Positions 28,477 through 38,632 are shown, numbered from the stretch's first letter. The stretch is DNA of 64,000 nucleotides from Planctomycetota bacterium (GCA_016207825.1 JACQZI010000005.1:1122-65121); one strand, 5' to 3'. The notes: generated by a model from the letters alone, not told the origin. Translations and numbers: made by a program.

Positions 28477-28683
28477 ATGGCCAATTTAGAAAATTGTCCC
28501 ATATGTGGGAATAAGATGGAAAAAGGATATCTAAATAGTCATTGGTGGCGGATTCGCTGGTCAATCAAAAAGATCTTTTGGATGTGGTCCGGAGAACCAT
28601 TAGGGAAAAGAGCTCTTTGGAGAGCGCCTACATTGGAAGCTGTTAGATGTAAAAATTGTAGAATAGGAATTTTTAATTATTAG
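28477..28683 (+). CDS. Small zinc-ribbon protein (DUF6487-like)
   Basis: CPICGNKMEKGYL...RCKNC. Confidence 0.7.
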   Translation: MANLENCPICGNKMEKGYLNSHWWRIRWSIKKIFWMWSGEPLGKRALWRAPTLEAVRCKNCRIGIFNY

Positions 28684-28701
28684 TACGAGTTACGCACACC
28701 C

Positions 28702-28770
28702 CGTCATTGCGAGGAGCGTAGCGACGAAGCAATCTCATATGCCCCTCATAAAACCGAGAGATTGCCACGG
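28702..28770. repeat. REP-like palindromic element
   Basis: cgtcattgcgaggagcgtagcgacgaagcaatctc ... gagattgccacg inverted pair. Confidence 0.7.
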
Positions 28771-28817
28771 CGGACGGGCCGACGGGCAGGCTCGCTTCCT
28801 TCAGGACATCTATAATT

Positions 28818-28860
28818 ACCTGCTTTTCCCAAGCCCCAACGCTTTACACACCGGGCATCC
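28818..28860 (-). pseudogene. 43-bp deletion scar of the thioredoxin-like gene at 37467..37745
   Basis: 29 bp identical to 37469-37497 joined to 19 bp identical to 37691-37709 through the microhomology CTTTA. Confidence 0.8.
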
Positions 28861-29001
28861 TGCGAGCGGAGCGTAGCAGGGTAAAAATATTTTACCAAAT
28901 TATCGGTTTTCCTTTGACAGTAAGTTTGGTAATGGTATAATACTACAAAATAAAAATAACTATAACTATATTTTAAAAGGAGCCGGAATATAAAAAGACT
29001 G

Positions 29002-32000
29002 TTGAAACTAAGCGTAATAGGGTTGTTGTCAATGGTTATCTGCCTGGCTGGAAACGGTAAAATAGGGTTTGCTGAAGATGCCATCACCGGGTCTTCAGCC
29101 AGCAACGAAACCACTTCTCCCTCAAACGAGCTTGCCGGATTTTCCCAAGCCGTGCTTAAAGAGGAAATTACAAAGTCATCGGATAACCTGGAATCATCCA
29201 ATATCCAGCCTCCGTCATCAGGGCATAATACATTATATGTGACGGTTGGCTCAACAGGGACTGAAAGTTTCCAGGCAGGTGAGACTAAAAACATCTCACA
29301 TGTGATTACGTGGGACGAAGGCGACTTGTTCGGGTATTTTTGTATGGGTTATCTCAAGATAGTATTTGACCCGAATGTCGTGGAAATAGACCATGTCACA
29401 TCCGGGGTATTTTCTACTGGCTCATCGAGGAGAGGTCCCGGCTGGGTGATAGTTGACCCGTGGTTATGGTTTTCCGAGGATGATATTCCGCCCAGCGACC
29501 CGAACCGCTTGGCTTTCAGCATTACCTGGAAAGGCAAGCAGGCAGGCACGACCACATTTGCTTATAGTATTACAAATAGCAGTGGGACGATAATCAGGAA
29601 TTATTTCCTGACAGGGACAGTCCATAATATGCAGGCGGTTCCGGCGGTAGTCCAGTTCGCCCCGCAAATACAGCCGCCCGCCGCACCTGGTAATTTAGTA
29701 GCCACCGCTGTTTCTCCCCATCAAATAAACATTAGCTGGCAGGATAATTCGGATAATGAGCAAGGGTTTTATGTCGAACGTAAAATAGGTGAATCCGGTA
29801 CTTATACACAAATTATTGGGGTTAATTCTGATATAACTACTTACTCTGATACCGGTTTATCGGACGGCACGCTTTATTATTATCGGGTCAGGGCATACAA
29901 TCAGGCGGGTAACAGTGATTATTCTAATGAAGCCTCTGCGACCACTTTGCCGGAACTTCCCGCTGCTCCAACAAATTTAGCCGCCATTCCGTTTTCTCCT
30001 TCTGAGATTGACCTTACATGGTTAGATAATTCTAATAATGAAGATGGGTTTATAGTCGAGACAAAAACTAATCCCCAAGCGCCTTTTGAAATCTTTGCGG
30101 CAATCGGGCCAAACAACGGTTTCGGCACCACAATTACCTTTTTACACCTTCCTATTTCAGCAGAAACGACATATTATTACCGTGTCAGTGCATATAATCT
30201 AACTGGTCAAAGTAATTATTCCAATGAAGCCAATGCAATGACTTTCTTAAAATCGCCTTCGGATTTAGTCGCCGCCTCGGTTTCTTTCTCCCAGATAAAC
30301 CTTACCTGGCAGGACACTTCCAATTGCGAAGAAGGCGTAATTATTGAACGGAAAACGGGTATCTATGGTTCATTTGAACAGGTTGCCACGGTTACTTCAA
30401 ATGTTACTAATTACTCAAGCACAAACCTTCTCGATGGGACTCTTTATTTTTACCGCCTCAAGGCTTATAATAATCAGGGAGAAAGTTATTATTCTCAAGA
30501 AGCCAGCGCAATTACCAAGGCTATTAATATTGATAACTTAAGCGGTTTACTTAACCAATACTTTCAAGACGGGTCGATCAAGAATCAGGGTATCTATAAT
30601 TCTCTTCTGTCTAAACTCGATTCAGCGCAGGACTCTTTTAAAAACGGCAATCTTATTTCAATGGTCAACAAACTAAGTGCCTTTTGTAATGAAGTCAATG
30701 CACAAAAGGGAAAGCAGATTGGCAATGAAGCCGGACAGGTTTTAGAGGATGCCGCTAAAAAATTGTCGCAACCTATTGCATCCATTAAAGCAGGCGATGG
30801 GGTATCGCCTTTGCCACAATATTTTCAAGTCGGCAAGATTATAACATTTACCGGCATACCACCGGCAGGAGAAGGCACTTATGAATGGGAGATTATTCCT
30901 CCCAGCCAGGATGACGTTGAGATTCACGGTAATCGTACGGGCAAAATTGCTGGAGGTGTTAATCCAACCATTGGCGTCCACTTCAAAAAGCCAAGTACGG
31001 ACAAAGATGATACCGCCACGATAAAATTCAAATTCATACCAACCAAAGGTGAGACTAGCACCGTATATCAAATCGCCCCAGTAGTAGCTATAGATTTGGA
31101 CATACATAATGGATTATATGATTGGGTTACTACCGACCCAGATAAAAAAGATTGGACTGGGGGACAACTTCTTTCAGAAGATGAGGAAGATGATCTTAAA
31201 GGTGCCGTTACTGTGGCGAATAAGAACGATACGAATGGCGATGGAACAATGGATAGATGGCAGGATTCGGTTAAATATAAGGATGCTAAAGGCAGAAATG
31301 AAATAGATTTGATGCGGCTTGAACTACGTAAACCCGTGCCTGATTTAGGGGGAACCGTTAGCCTTAACGAAACTAACCGTAGCATCGCTGTGATTTGGAA
31401 ACAGTCCACTAAAGAAGAAAAGGAGAGACGACGTGTATTTAACACCTCTGACTTACCAATAACATTGTGGGTTGAGACAGTTGAACCAAGTACGAAATTA
31501 AGGGATATTAGTTTTACACTGGAATATCAAGGAGCAAATGATACTGTCAAAGCCACTGCCGTTTGGGTGATTCTGAATAGGGCTTATTATACCAGAGCTA
31601 CAAGTGGTGATGAGAACAAGATACCTGATTATCTTAATGATATTGACGAAAATTATCTTCGCAAGACAGACATTCAAAACAATCAAGCATCTGACAGTTC
31701 ATACTATGGTCTTGGCTCCTACACGGACGAAGACGGAAATACGCAGCTTGGCGGTAGAATTTTATTTGAATGGAATATTATTCCAAACGGGGAAGAATTG
31801 CGAAAATTAGGGGTGGTATTTGATGTTACTAGACAAGCTATGTGGCGTGCGTATGGAATCCAAAGCGGTAAGAGAATCTTAGAGCCTGTCGCTCCTCCAG
31901 ACAAATGGAAATTTCCCGAAAACCGAACTCCTGCAATGGATAATGAAACCCCAAATGATAATGGTCATCCAGAGGATGAAGACAATGAGCCAGAAAATTC

Positions 32001-32583
32001 AATGATATATTCTTCTGACAGACCAGGATATCCCAGTAGCTTGACGGGGATTGCTTTTGTTACATACCGCAGTTGGTTTAAGGAATTGGTTCGGATTCAG
32101 TTAAATAACACTCCTTTCAAACATGATAATGAAAAAATCCTTCAGGATGTTCAAGGGAGTCGAGCTTCAGCTAAAAAAGATTGGCATATAGTATTTTATA
32201 CTGTTAGAAATAGTGATGGTGAAATGGAGAGGGATACCGCACCTACAACTTGTTCTGTCCCAATAAAAACCGGAACCGGTAATGGAACATTTTCTACTGC
32301 GCTATCAACAAATGCCGTAACCGAAGGGTTTGCCGCAACTTATGATGCAACTAATCAGAAATGGACATTAACAGGCACGAACAGCCAGCCAGTTAGTGCT
32401 TCCCTTGCCAATGGAATCTGGACGCTTACTGTGCAAAATAAAATAACCGTAACCATAACTCAAGGGACCACTGCTTTTGCTAATGGAGATAGATTTACGT
32501 TTAGTGTCTTTAAAACATCTGCGCCAGATGGGAAAGGATATGACCTCGGTTTTGGTCCAATTGATGTTTTAGACATCCCATAA
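29002..32583 (+). CDS. Large secreted protein: cohesin-like region, 3 FN3, FIMAH-like domain, uncharacterised C-terminal domain
   Basis: Signal peptide; WQDNSDNE/YYYRVRAYN FN3 repeats; NQGIYNSLLSKL FIMAH-like segment. Confidence 0.85.
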   Translation: MKLSVIGLLSMVICLAGNGKIGFAEDAITGSSASNETTSPSNELAGFSQAVLKEEITKSSDNLESSNIQPPSSGHNTLYVTVGSTGTESFQAGETKNISHVITWDEGDLFGYFCMGYLKIVFDPNVVEIDHVTSGVFSTGSSRRGPGWVIVDPWLWFSEDDIPPSDPNRLAFSITWKGKQAGTTTFAYSITNSSGTIIRNYFLTGTVHNMQAVPAVVQFAPQIQPPAAPGNLVATAVSPHQINISWQDNSDNEQGFYVERKIGESGTYTQIIGVNSDITTYSDTGLSDGTLYYYRVRAYNQAGNSDYSNEASATTLPELPAAPTNLAAIPFSPSEIDLTWLDNSNNEDGFIVETKTNPQAPFEIFAAIGPNNGFGTTITFLHLPISAETTYYYRVSAYNLTGQSNYSNEANAMTFLKSPSDLVAASVSFSQINLTWQDTSNCEEGVIIERKTGIYGSFEQVATVTSNVTNYSSTNLLDGTLYFYRLKAYNNQGESYYSQEASAITKAINIDNLSGLLNQYFQDGSIKNQGIYNSLLSKLDSAQDSFKNGNLISMVNKLSAFCNEVNAQKGKQIGNEAGQVLEDAAKKLSQPIASIKAGDGVSPLPQYFQVGKIITFTGIPPAGEGTYEWEIIPPSQDDVEIHGNRTGKIAGGVNPTIGVHFKKPSTDKDDTATIKFKFIPTKGETSTVYQIAPVVAIDLDIHNGLYDWVTTDPDKKDWTGGQLLSEDEEDDLKGAVTVANKNDTNGDGTMDRWQDSVKYKDAKGRNEIDLMRLELRKPVPDLGGTVSLNETNRSIAVIWKQSTKEEKERRRVFNTSDLPITLWVETVEPSTKLRDISFTLEYQGANDTVKATAVWVILNRAYYTRATSGDENKIPDYLNDIDENYLRKTDIQNNQASDSSYYGLGSYTDEDGNTQLGGRILFEWNIIPNGEELRKLGVVFDVTRQAMWRAYGIQSGKRILEPVAPPDKWKFPENRTPAMDNETPNDNGHPEDEDNEPENSMIYSSDRPGYPSSLTGIAFVTYRSWFKELVRIQLNNTPFKHDNEKILQDVQGSRASAKKDWHIVFYTVRNSDGEMERDTAPTTCSVPIKTGTGNGTFSTALSTNAVTEGFAATYDATNQKWTLTGTNSQPVSASLANGIWTLTVQNKITVTITQGTTAFANGDRFTFSVFKTSAPDGKGYDLGFGPIDVLDIP

Positions 32584-32602
32584 TCAAAGGAGATGTTTCG
32601 TT

Positions 32603-33250
32603 ATGAGAATAACTTGCAATTTAATACTAATAGGTATGCTAAGTTTTTTATGTGGTTGTATGCAACGTGAAAATGAAATCGATATAAACGAAAAAGGCAA
32701 AAGGGAAAATATATACATTACTGATAGGACGGAATGGGAAATCAGTGCGGAAAAACACTTAGCGGAATCCGACAAATTAACTGATATTTTTATCGCCATT
32801 GCGGAAGCAAAAGATAAACCTAAACCCACAGAAATAAGCGGAGACTTGCGCGCCCGTATCGGGCTTGAGAACAGGAGATTATTGGCAATAATATTATTAG
32901 GTGAGTTAGAGACAAAAAAGGCAATCCAATTCCTTGTAGATAGTATTACATTGAATCTTGAACCAGCCTTTAATGGCGAGGAAGGAATGATTAAACGACA
33001 CCCTTGTTCTTATGTATTAAGAAAGTCAGGCTGGAAAGTTATTCCTTTTATTCTAAAGGCATTGGAACAAGCCAAAACCGATAAAGAGATGAATTATTTA
33101 TATGGGGTTTTAAAAAGTATTCTCGGTATAAGACTATCACGAGCTGTCATCCAAAGTGAAATAGAAACGTTTAAGGATGATAAGGATAAAGCGACTTATA
33201 TCAATAACCTCAACCAGATAAAACAGTATTTAGAAAAGCCGGATAAATAA
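32603..33250 (+). CDS. Lipoprotein with HEAT-like repeats (partner/immunity-like)
   Basis: Lipobox LCGC; AIILLGEL..KAIQFLV HEAT-like helix pair; 19 bp after the large gene. Confidence 0.75.
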   Translation: MRITCNLILIGMLSFLCGCMQRENEIDINEKGKRENIYITDRTEWEISAEKHLAESDKLTDIFIAIAEAKDKPKPTEISGDLRARIGLENRRLLAIILLGELETKKAIQFLVDSITLNLEPAFNGEEGMIKRHPCSYVLRKSGWKVIPFILKALEQAKTDKEMNYLYGVLKSILGIRLSRAVIQSEIETFKDDKDKATYINNLNQIKQYLEKPDK

Positions 33251-33360
33251 AAATCAGCGTTATAATCCCCTTGCAATAAAGGAGTTGTATCGGTGGGAAG
33301 TGATAGTATGCAAGAGGCATCTCTAAATGCTATAATAGCAGCAAAAAAAGGAGGTGCTTT

Positions 33361-33450
33361 ATGGGTATATCACAAGCGGGAATAAATTGCTTTGTTGGAA
33401 TTGACCAACATAAACATTACTCACAGGTGGCGGTTAAAGATAAGGAAGGA
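33361..33450 (+). mobile_element. IS110-family transposase 5' relic fused to the downstream ORF
   Basis: FVGIDQHKHYSQVAVKDKEG matches the IS110 DEDD N-terminal GIDxHK motif; strong RBS aaggagg. Confidence 0.7.
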
Positions 33451-36400
33451 ACTGTCCCGAAATTACCGCCGAAATTACCGATCACTGAACTGCAAATGAA
33501 AGCCGAAGCCGGTGACGCAAAGGCACAATATAGATTAGGACGGCTCTATTATGACGGCAAGGGCGTTGACAAGGATGAAAAGAAGGCAATAACATTTTTT
33601 AAGTTAGCAGCTAAACAGGGACATAAAAAATCTATATCTATGCTTAAAGCATTAGGCGAGTCCATTCCGGCGGTAGTCCAGTTCGCCCCGCAAATACAGC
33701 CGCCCGCCGCACCTGGTAATTTAGTAGCCACCGCTGTTTCTCCCCATCAAATAGACCTTAGCTGGACGGATAATTCTGATAATGAACAAGGGTTTATAGT
33801 TGAAAGCAAAACCAGTTGTTATGATCCGTTTGTGCAAATCGCTACGGTAGGCCCGAATAATATCAATTATTCGCATACAGGGCTTTTGCCGGGAACGGTT
33901 CATTATTATCGCGTTTGTGCCTATAACCAAGCTGGTAACAGTAATTATTCTAATAAAGCCGCTGCCGTTACCTTTGCTGATATCCCTGTTGTAGGACAAA
34001 CGATAGATTTACTGAACAATTACAATACTCAAGGTGCTTTTAAAAATCCTGGAATCTACAATTCATTGCTTACCAAGCTAAACACAGCACAGAGTTATAT
34101 CAGTCAGGGAAATTATCAAGCCGCTCTGGAACAACTCAATGCTTTATTAAACGCAATCAAAGCACAAACCGGTAAAGGAGTTACTGTAGAGGTGGCTGAA
34201 GGTTTAGCCCAATCCGTTAATACCTTAGCGGATTATCTCTCATTACGCTCTGGTCTGCCGGTAAGTTTTAAGTTATATCTCTATGGATACCCCTGTGAAA
34301 ACGAAACTGTTATTGACCTGCCTGACGGCAATACGGTTCGGACGAAAATGTCCGGTGACCTTACTGTAGGACTTGCCCCAACTGGGAATCCCGATATTCT
34401 TTCAATAACTATTAATGAAGCGAGTTATACAGGGACGGCATTTACTGTAAATGGCGTAGATTTCGGCGAATCTTATATTTCGCATGACCCGAATAATCTT
34501 TCACAGGGGACTCTTAATTGCCGAACCGGAGAAATTGTTATAACAGAGAAAGTATTAATAAAAAGCGCGTATCTTGAATCTATAGGTAGGTCGCCCCTGC
34601 CGTTTCAATCTGTAGCAAAAGGCACTTTTTATCCGTTTGGTTTAAGAAACGGTGTTATTCAGACGGTAAGTCAGGGTGTTTTTTCGCAGACAGGCACTCC
34701 TTTAGACGGTGCGCAATACAGCACTACTTCCCGCAAACAGGCTAAGAAACCGAAAACCAAAATAGTAGTCGTACCCTTTCAATATGTTGAAACAGAGACC
34801 CCAAGACAAGTATTGGTTAAACTTGTAACAGACGAACCGGTTGAGGAAGAGGTTACTGAAACCCCTTCAATAACCATAATGAGAGATGATGTAAAATCAG
34901 GTAATGCTATTGTTACGAGTCCACCGCTAACTTTTATAATACCAGTTGGTCAAACAGAAAGCGACACTAAAGCAGTAATACTTGACGGCACAAAAGTTAG
35001 CAAGCAAGAAGACGATGTTACTTTGATAGTAGGTTTTGCCGAGGAACGATTTAGCGTGATTGACTTACAGGCAACTTTTAATACACCCATTAAACCGGAT
35101 TTTGTATGTGTAGATGGTTTAGGAAGCTATACTATAAATTTATTGGGACCACAAGGGACAAAAGGGGAACTTATTAACGAGATAAAAATAACACCTGATA
35201 CTAATGCCAAAGTCCTTCCTATGAAATTTTATACTTTTGCCGTAAATGATTCTCTAACACTACGGATTTACGGAAAAAATCCAAGTACAGACTTAAACAA
35301 AACAAATTTTACGGCTACTGCTCAGATAAGCGATGTTACTATTAATCTGGAAATGACGTTTACGGTTATTAAATTAGAAAAAATAGAGTTGGTGAGCGGT
35401 GCAACTATGGTTGCTGATGGAACAGCTACCCCTGCCGATACTGATATTTGCGCGGCAATAAAAGAAACAGGAGATGTTTTATTAAAAGCAGTTATTAAGC
35501 CAGCCTCTGTCGAACCTTTGCTTCCTCCTGATGCTATAATCTGGAAAGGCGGCGAAGGTGTATCAGGAAATCAATTACAAAGAAAGGTTTCCAAATCAAC
35601 TTGGGTAAAAAATACAGTAACCGCCACGCTATATGGAACTAATCGCACTGTTACGATGCTTGCTTATATCATCGGGGCGGAACCAACAGATTTCAGCCCG
35701 AGGAATGGTACCGGCGGAACGCATTTTAGTGATAATAATGCAGCTTGGTTTGTAAGTACAGGAGTCTTTGGTCCTAACTCAACAACTGGAAGTTATGCAA
35801 GTCGTTGTGAGATAGAATTTACTGTCAAACCTGATATTTTAATTACAGACGGCAATGCAAATCTTTTTGATAAAACTCAAATTCAATGGGATGTTAGCCG
35901 AAATAAAAGGGTTAAGGTTTGGCGAAAGACGGCCGGAACATGGTCGGTGATAGATGACCGTTCTTCCAGTTGGCCAACAAATGATACGGTAGATACCGAT
36001 GAGGATAACAATCCGTGGGATGGAAACGGTCATTTATATGGTAATGACGAACCATCTTGGGCAGGTAGCGGACAAGGTATTGTTGATAAGATGAATATGC
36101 GCGAATGGGTGCGGGTTGGTCTTGGTGGTGTCTCTGGCAGAGATGGAGTACGCTGTTCAGATTATTACCTCTGGCATGTCTTCCGTTCAATAAAATTGAA
36201 TGGGATTTGGTCTGCAGATAATACTTACGGAAACGAGATTGCTCTGGGTAATATCTTCTGGGGAGCAATTCCTATTGCAGGAGTGGAAATTACAACTGCT
36301 TCATTGCCAGATGGAAAAGTAGGGCAAGTATATAGTCAAACGCTGTCAAGTAGTGGCGGCACGGCTCCGATTATCTGGAGTCTGGATATAGGAACACTTC

Positions 36401-36579
36401 CGCCAGGTTTAATCCTGAATGCTTCCGGTGGAATAAGCGGGACACCAACCTTGGCAGGGACATTTACCTTTGATGTAGAAGCACAGGATTCTTCACCAGC
36501 ATTGCCGTCACCACCTGCCCTATCAGGGCAAGGACCGTCAGCAGATATTCAAACTCTTACTATAAAAATAAAGAAATAG
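33361..36579 (+). CDS. Chimeric large protein: IS110 relic + Sel1 repeat + FN3 + FIMAH-like + uncharacterised domain + He_PIG Ig
   Basis: AQYRLGRLYYDGKGV (Sel1); 89 bp identical to the 29002 gene; LPPGLILNASGGISGTPT (He_PIG). Confidence 0.8.
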   Translation: MGISQAGINCFVGIDQHKHYSQVAVKDKEGTVPKLPPKLPITELQMKAEAGDAKAQYRLGRLYYDGKGVDKDEKKAITFFKLAAKQGHKKSISMLKALGESIPAVVQFAPQIQPPAAPGNLVATAVSPHQIDLSWTDNSDNEQGFIVESKTSCYDPFVQIATVGPNNINYSHTGLLPGTVHYYRVCAYNQAGNSNYSNKAAAVTFADIPVVGQTIDLLNNYNTQGAFKNPGIYNSLLTKLNTAQSYISQGNYQAALEQLNALLNAIKAQTGKGVTVEVAEGLAQSVNTLADYLSLRSGLPVSFKLYLYGYPCENETVIDLPDGNTVRTKMSGDLTVGLAPTGNPDILSITINEASYTGTAFTVNGVDFGESYISHDPNNLSQGTLNCRTGEIVITEKVLIKSAYLESIGRSPLPFQSVAKGTFYPFGLRNGVIQTVSQGVFSQTGTPLDGAQYSTTSRKQAKKPKTKIVVVPFQYVETETPRQVLVKLVTDEPVEEEVTETPSITIMRDDVKSGNAIVTSPPLTFIIPVGQTESDTKAVILDGTKVSKQEDDVTLIVGFAEERFSVIDLQATFNTPIKPDFVCVDGLGSYTINLLGPQGTKGELINEIKITPDTNAKVLPMKFYTFAVNDSLTLRIYGKNPSTDLNKTNFTATAQISDVTINLEMTFTVIKLEKIELVSGATMVADGTATPADTDICAAIKETGDVLLKAVIKPASVEPLLPPDAIIWKGGEGVSGNQLQRKVSKSTWVKNTVTATLYGTNRTVTMLAYIIGAEPTDFSPRNGTGGTHFSDNNAAWFVSTGVFGPNSTTGSYASRCEIEFTVKPDILITDGNANLFDKTQIQWDVSRNKRVKVWRKTAGTWSVIDDRSSSWPTNDTVDTDEDNNPWDGNGHLYGNDEPSWAGSGQGIVDKMNMREWVRVGLGGVSGRDGVRCSDYYLWHVFRSIKLNGIWSADNTYGNEIALGNIFWGAIPIAGVEITTASLPDGKVGQVYSQTLSSSGGTAPIIWSLDIGTLPPGLILNASGGISGTPTLAGTFTFDVEAQDSSPALPSPPALSGQGPSADIQTLTIKIKK

Positions 36580-36590
36580 GGGGTTTTATT

Positions 36591-37202
36591 ATGATTAAGA
36601 AATTGTTGTTAATCGGTTTATTGATGAGTTCGTTGTTGATAATAGCATTATATGCTGAAGAGATGAAACTAACCATTGTAGCTGGTTTATTAAGCGAGGA
36701 TGTATTAGAACGAGGAACAACTTATAATAAGATACTTGACCAAAGGAAGAATACTATTAATGAACTCGTTTCTATCATTAATCAACCTAATATTGATAAA
36801 TCTTCTGAATCGAATTCATTCTATTATGCTATTGAATTATTAAAGATATCAAGAGCAAAAGAAGCAGTGAACGCCCTCTCTAACCATTTGATGTATGTAT
36901 ATGACTATCTAAGAACAGACGAGACACTTCCATCTGAATATTATTATGTGGTCGCGGTTGCGCTGGTGGAAATAGGCAACCAATCTATTGAATCAATGCT
37001 TGCCAAAATCCAGAAGGGCGACTCGGAAGAAGAACGAAACTTAGCCGCATGGGTAATAATGCAGATTGATGGTAAAGAACAGGCTTTAAATAGAATGGAT
37101 ATAATGATAAATAAAGGTGGCGAAAGCAAAGAAAGATTTGAATCAGCCAAGAAATACATAGAAAATTATAAACCGACCTCTGGACGTCCAAAAAAGAAAT
37201 AA
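36591..37202 (+). CDS. Exported HEAT-like partner protein
   Basis: Signal peptide; AIELLKISRAKEAVNAL, VAVALVEIG; distant paralog of 32603..33250. Confidence 0.75.
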   Translation: MIKKLLLIGLLMSSLLIIALYAEEMKLTIVAGLLSEDVLERGTTYNKILDQRKNTINELVSIINQPNIDKSSESNSFYYAIELLKISRAKEAVNALSNHLMYVYDYLRTDETLPSEYYYVVAVALVEIGNQSIESMLAKIQKGDSEEERNLAAWVIMQIDGKEQALNRMDIMINKGGESKERFESAKKYIENYKPTSGRPKKK

Positions 37203-37466
37203 TAGACGAAATAAAAGCATACTGGGAGCAAACCGAAGGTGAAACTCCTGAAAAGTAAAAATCGGCGTTCTAATCCGCTCGTGATTAAGGAGTTATATCG
37301 GCAGGAAGTGGCCTGCGAGTAAAGAGTGATGGGAAATAAATCCTCAAAATACAGAGAAGCTGATTAAGCCATTAGGCTCAGACGATTTTGAAACACGGGA
37401 AAATGCGTTACATCATCCAGGTTAATATGTATACGCTCTTTGCCGTTATCCTTAATCAGGGCTAAA

Positions 37467-37745
37467 TCACCTGCTTTTCCCAAGCCCCAACGCTTTAAGG
37501 GTTTTCAGGTTAATGCCCCGTCCCTTACAGCAATCCGCCAGCTTGCCGTTAATCGCAACCGCGGGCACGGATTTGACGCCGTATTTTTTTGCCTTGGTGC
37601 GGCAGATATTGGTCTTGCAACCTTTATTAAGGTCGTAAACCTTGACCTCGCAGGAATCGCAGGCAATCGCTTTTACCTGCTTTACCGCTTCTTTACACAC
37701 CGGGCATCCGGCTGTAAAAACCTCTATCAATCTTTTCTCCGCCAT
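37467..37745 (-). CDS. Thioredoxin/glutaredoxin-like protein (Thioredoxin_3 type)
   Basis: IEVFTAGCPVC, YGVKSVPAVAING, terminal CC. Confidence 0.9.
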   Translation of the reverse strand: MAEKRLIEVFTAGCPVCKEAVKQVKAIACDSCEVKVYDLNKGCKTNICRTKAKKYGVKSVPAVAINGKLADCCKGRGINLKTLKALGLGKSR

Positions 37746-37748
37746 ACG

Positions 37749-38198
37749 TCACTTCCTTTCTTCAGGGGTGTTATTTAGCGTAATCCGGCAGCAGTCCCCT
37801 TCGACTGCCGGCAGATTTTCCGGTTGTCTGATAATGCGCTTTGGCATAATATTCCAGATGCTGGCGATAATCAACACTGCCGCGCCGGCATACAATATTA
37901 CGCCCGATATAAATAAGAACTTGCCGCCCAACATTACGAGCGATGCGGCTAACCCCAGCCAGAACGGCCCGTATCCGCGGCGCTGTCTTGCCCTGAATAA
38001 AAACGAGAGCAAAGTAATCCCGATTAATAAGCCAACCGCCGCCAACAAATAATTATCGTTTAGCAAGAAGCTCAGACCGAGCGACGATAACAGCCCCGCG
38101 TAAAGGGGCCAGCAGCACGGTCAGGTCACCTTGGGAAGAAAGACTGCGATAACCGCCGGGATTGACCATAAGGCGCGAATCCATTTATTTTGTTTCAT
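37749..38198 (-). CDS. MerC-like heavy-metal transporter with in-frame TGA (probable selenocysteine, U-P-C-C motif)
   Basis: ATG at 38198 overlaps the merR-family stop (ATGA) with a GGAG RBS; reads ...LPKVT-TGA-PCCWPLYAGLLSSLGLSFL... in frame with ORF 37749..38066. Confidence 0.8.
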
Positions 38199-38626
38199 AT
38201 CCGATTCTCCTTTGATAATGTTTTTATCACCGAACATCCGGCGAGAATTCCTTTGCGCGGACAGGTCTTGATTAAACCCTTTAACGACTTGCGCAACTTA
38301 CGCAGGCTGGTAATTTTCTCTTCAATCTCCGTGATTTTAAGAGCCACTGATTTATAGACGTCACGGCAGGTTCCCTTTTTGCCGTCTATCAAGTCGAGCA
38401 ATTGTTTGATTTCCCTGAGGGCAAAGCCGAATTGCTGGGCGTGCTTAATAAAATCGATTCGCTGGATTATTTCCGGAGAAAACAGCCGGTAGCCCTTGCT
38501 GAAAAGCTGGTAAGCGGATAGCTTCCTGGGCGGCGCGGGGATAAAGCCGATGCGTTCGTAATAGCGGATGGTGGAAACTTTCACTCCGGATTTTTTAGCC
38601 GCCTGCCCGATGGTTAATTCTTTCAT
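38195..38626 (-). CDS. MerR-family metal-responsive regulator
   Basis: TIGQAAKKSGVKVSTIRYYE HTH; Cys at GTCRDV, TCP...GCS as in MerR/ZntR. Confidence 0.93.
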   Translation of the reverse strand: MKELTIGQAAKKSGVKVSTIRYYERIGFIPAPPRKLSAYQLFSKGYRLFSPEIIQRIDFIKHAQQFGFALREIKQLLDLIDGKKGTCRDVYKSVALKITEIEEKITSLRKLRKSLKGLIKTCPRKGILAGCSVIKTLSKENRI

Positions 38627-38632
38627 GGTAAT

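Noticed and set aside
24166..37310. Integron cassette array
   Set aside because: No integrase and no convincing RYYYAAC...GTTRRRY attC structures
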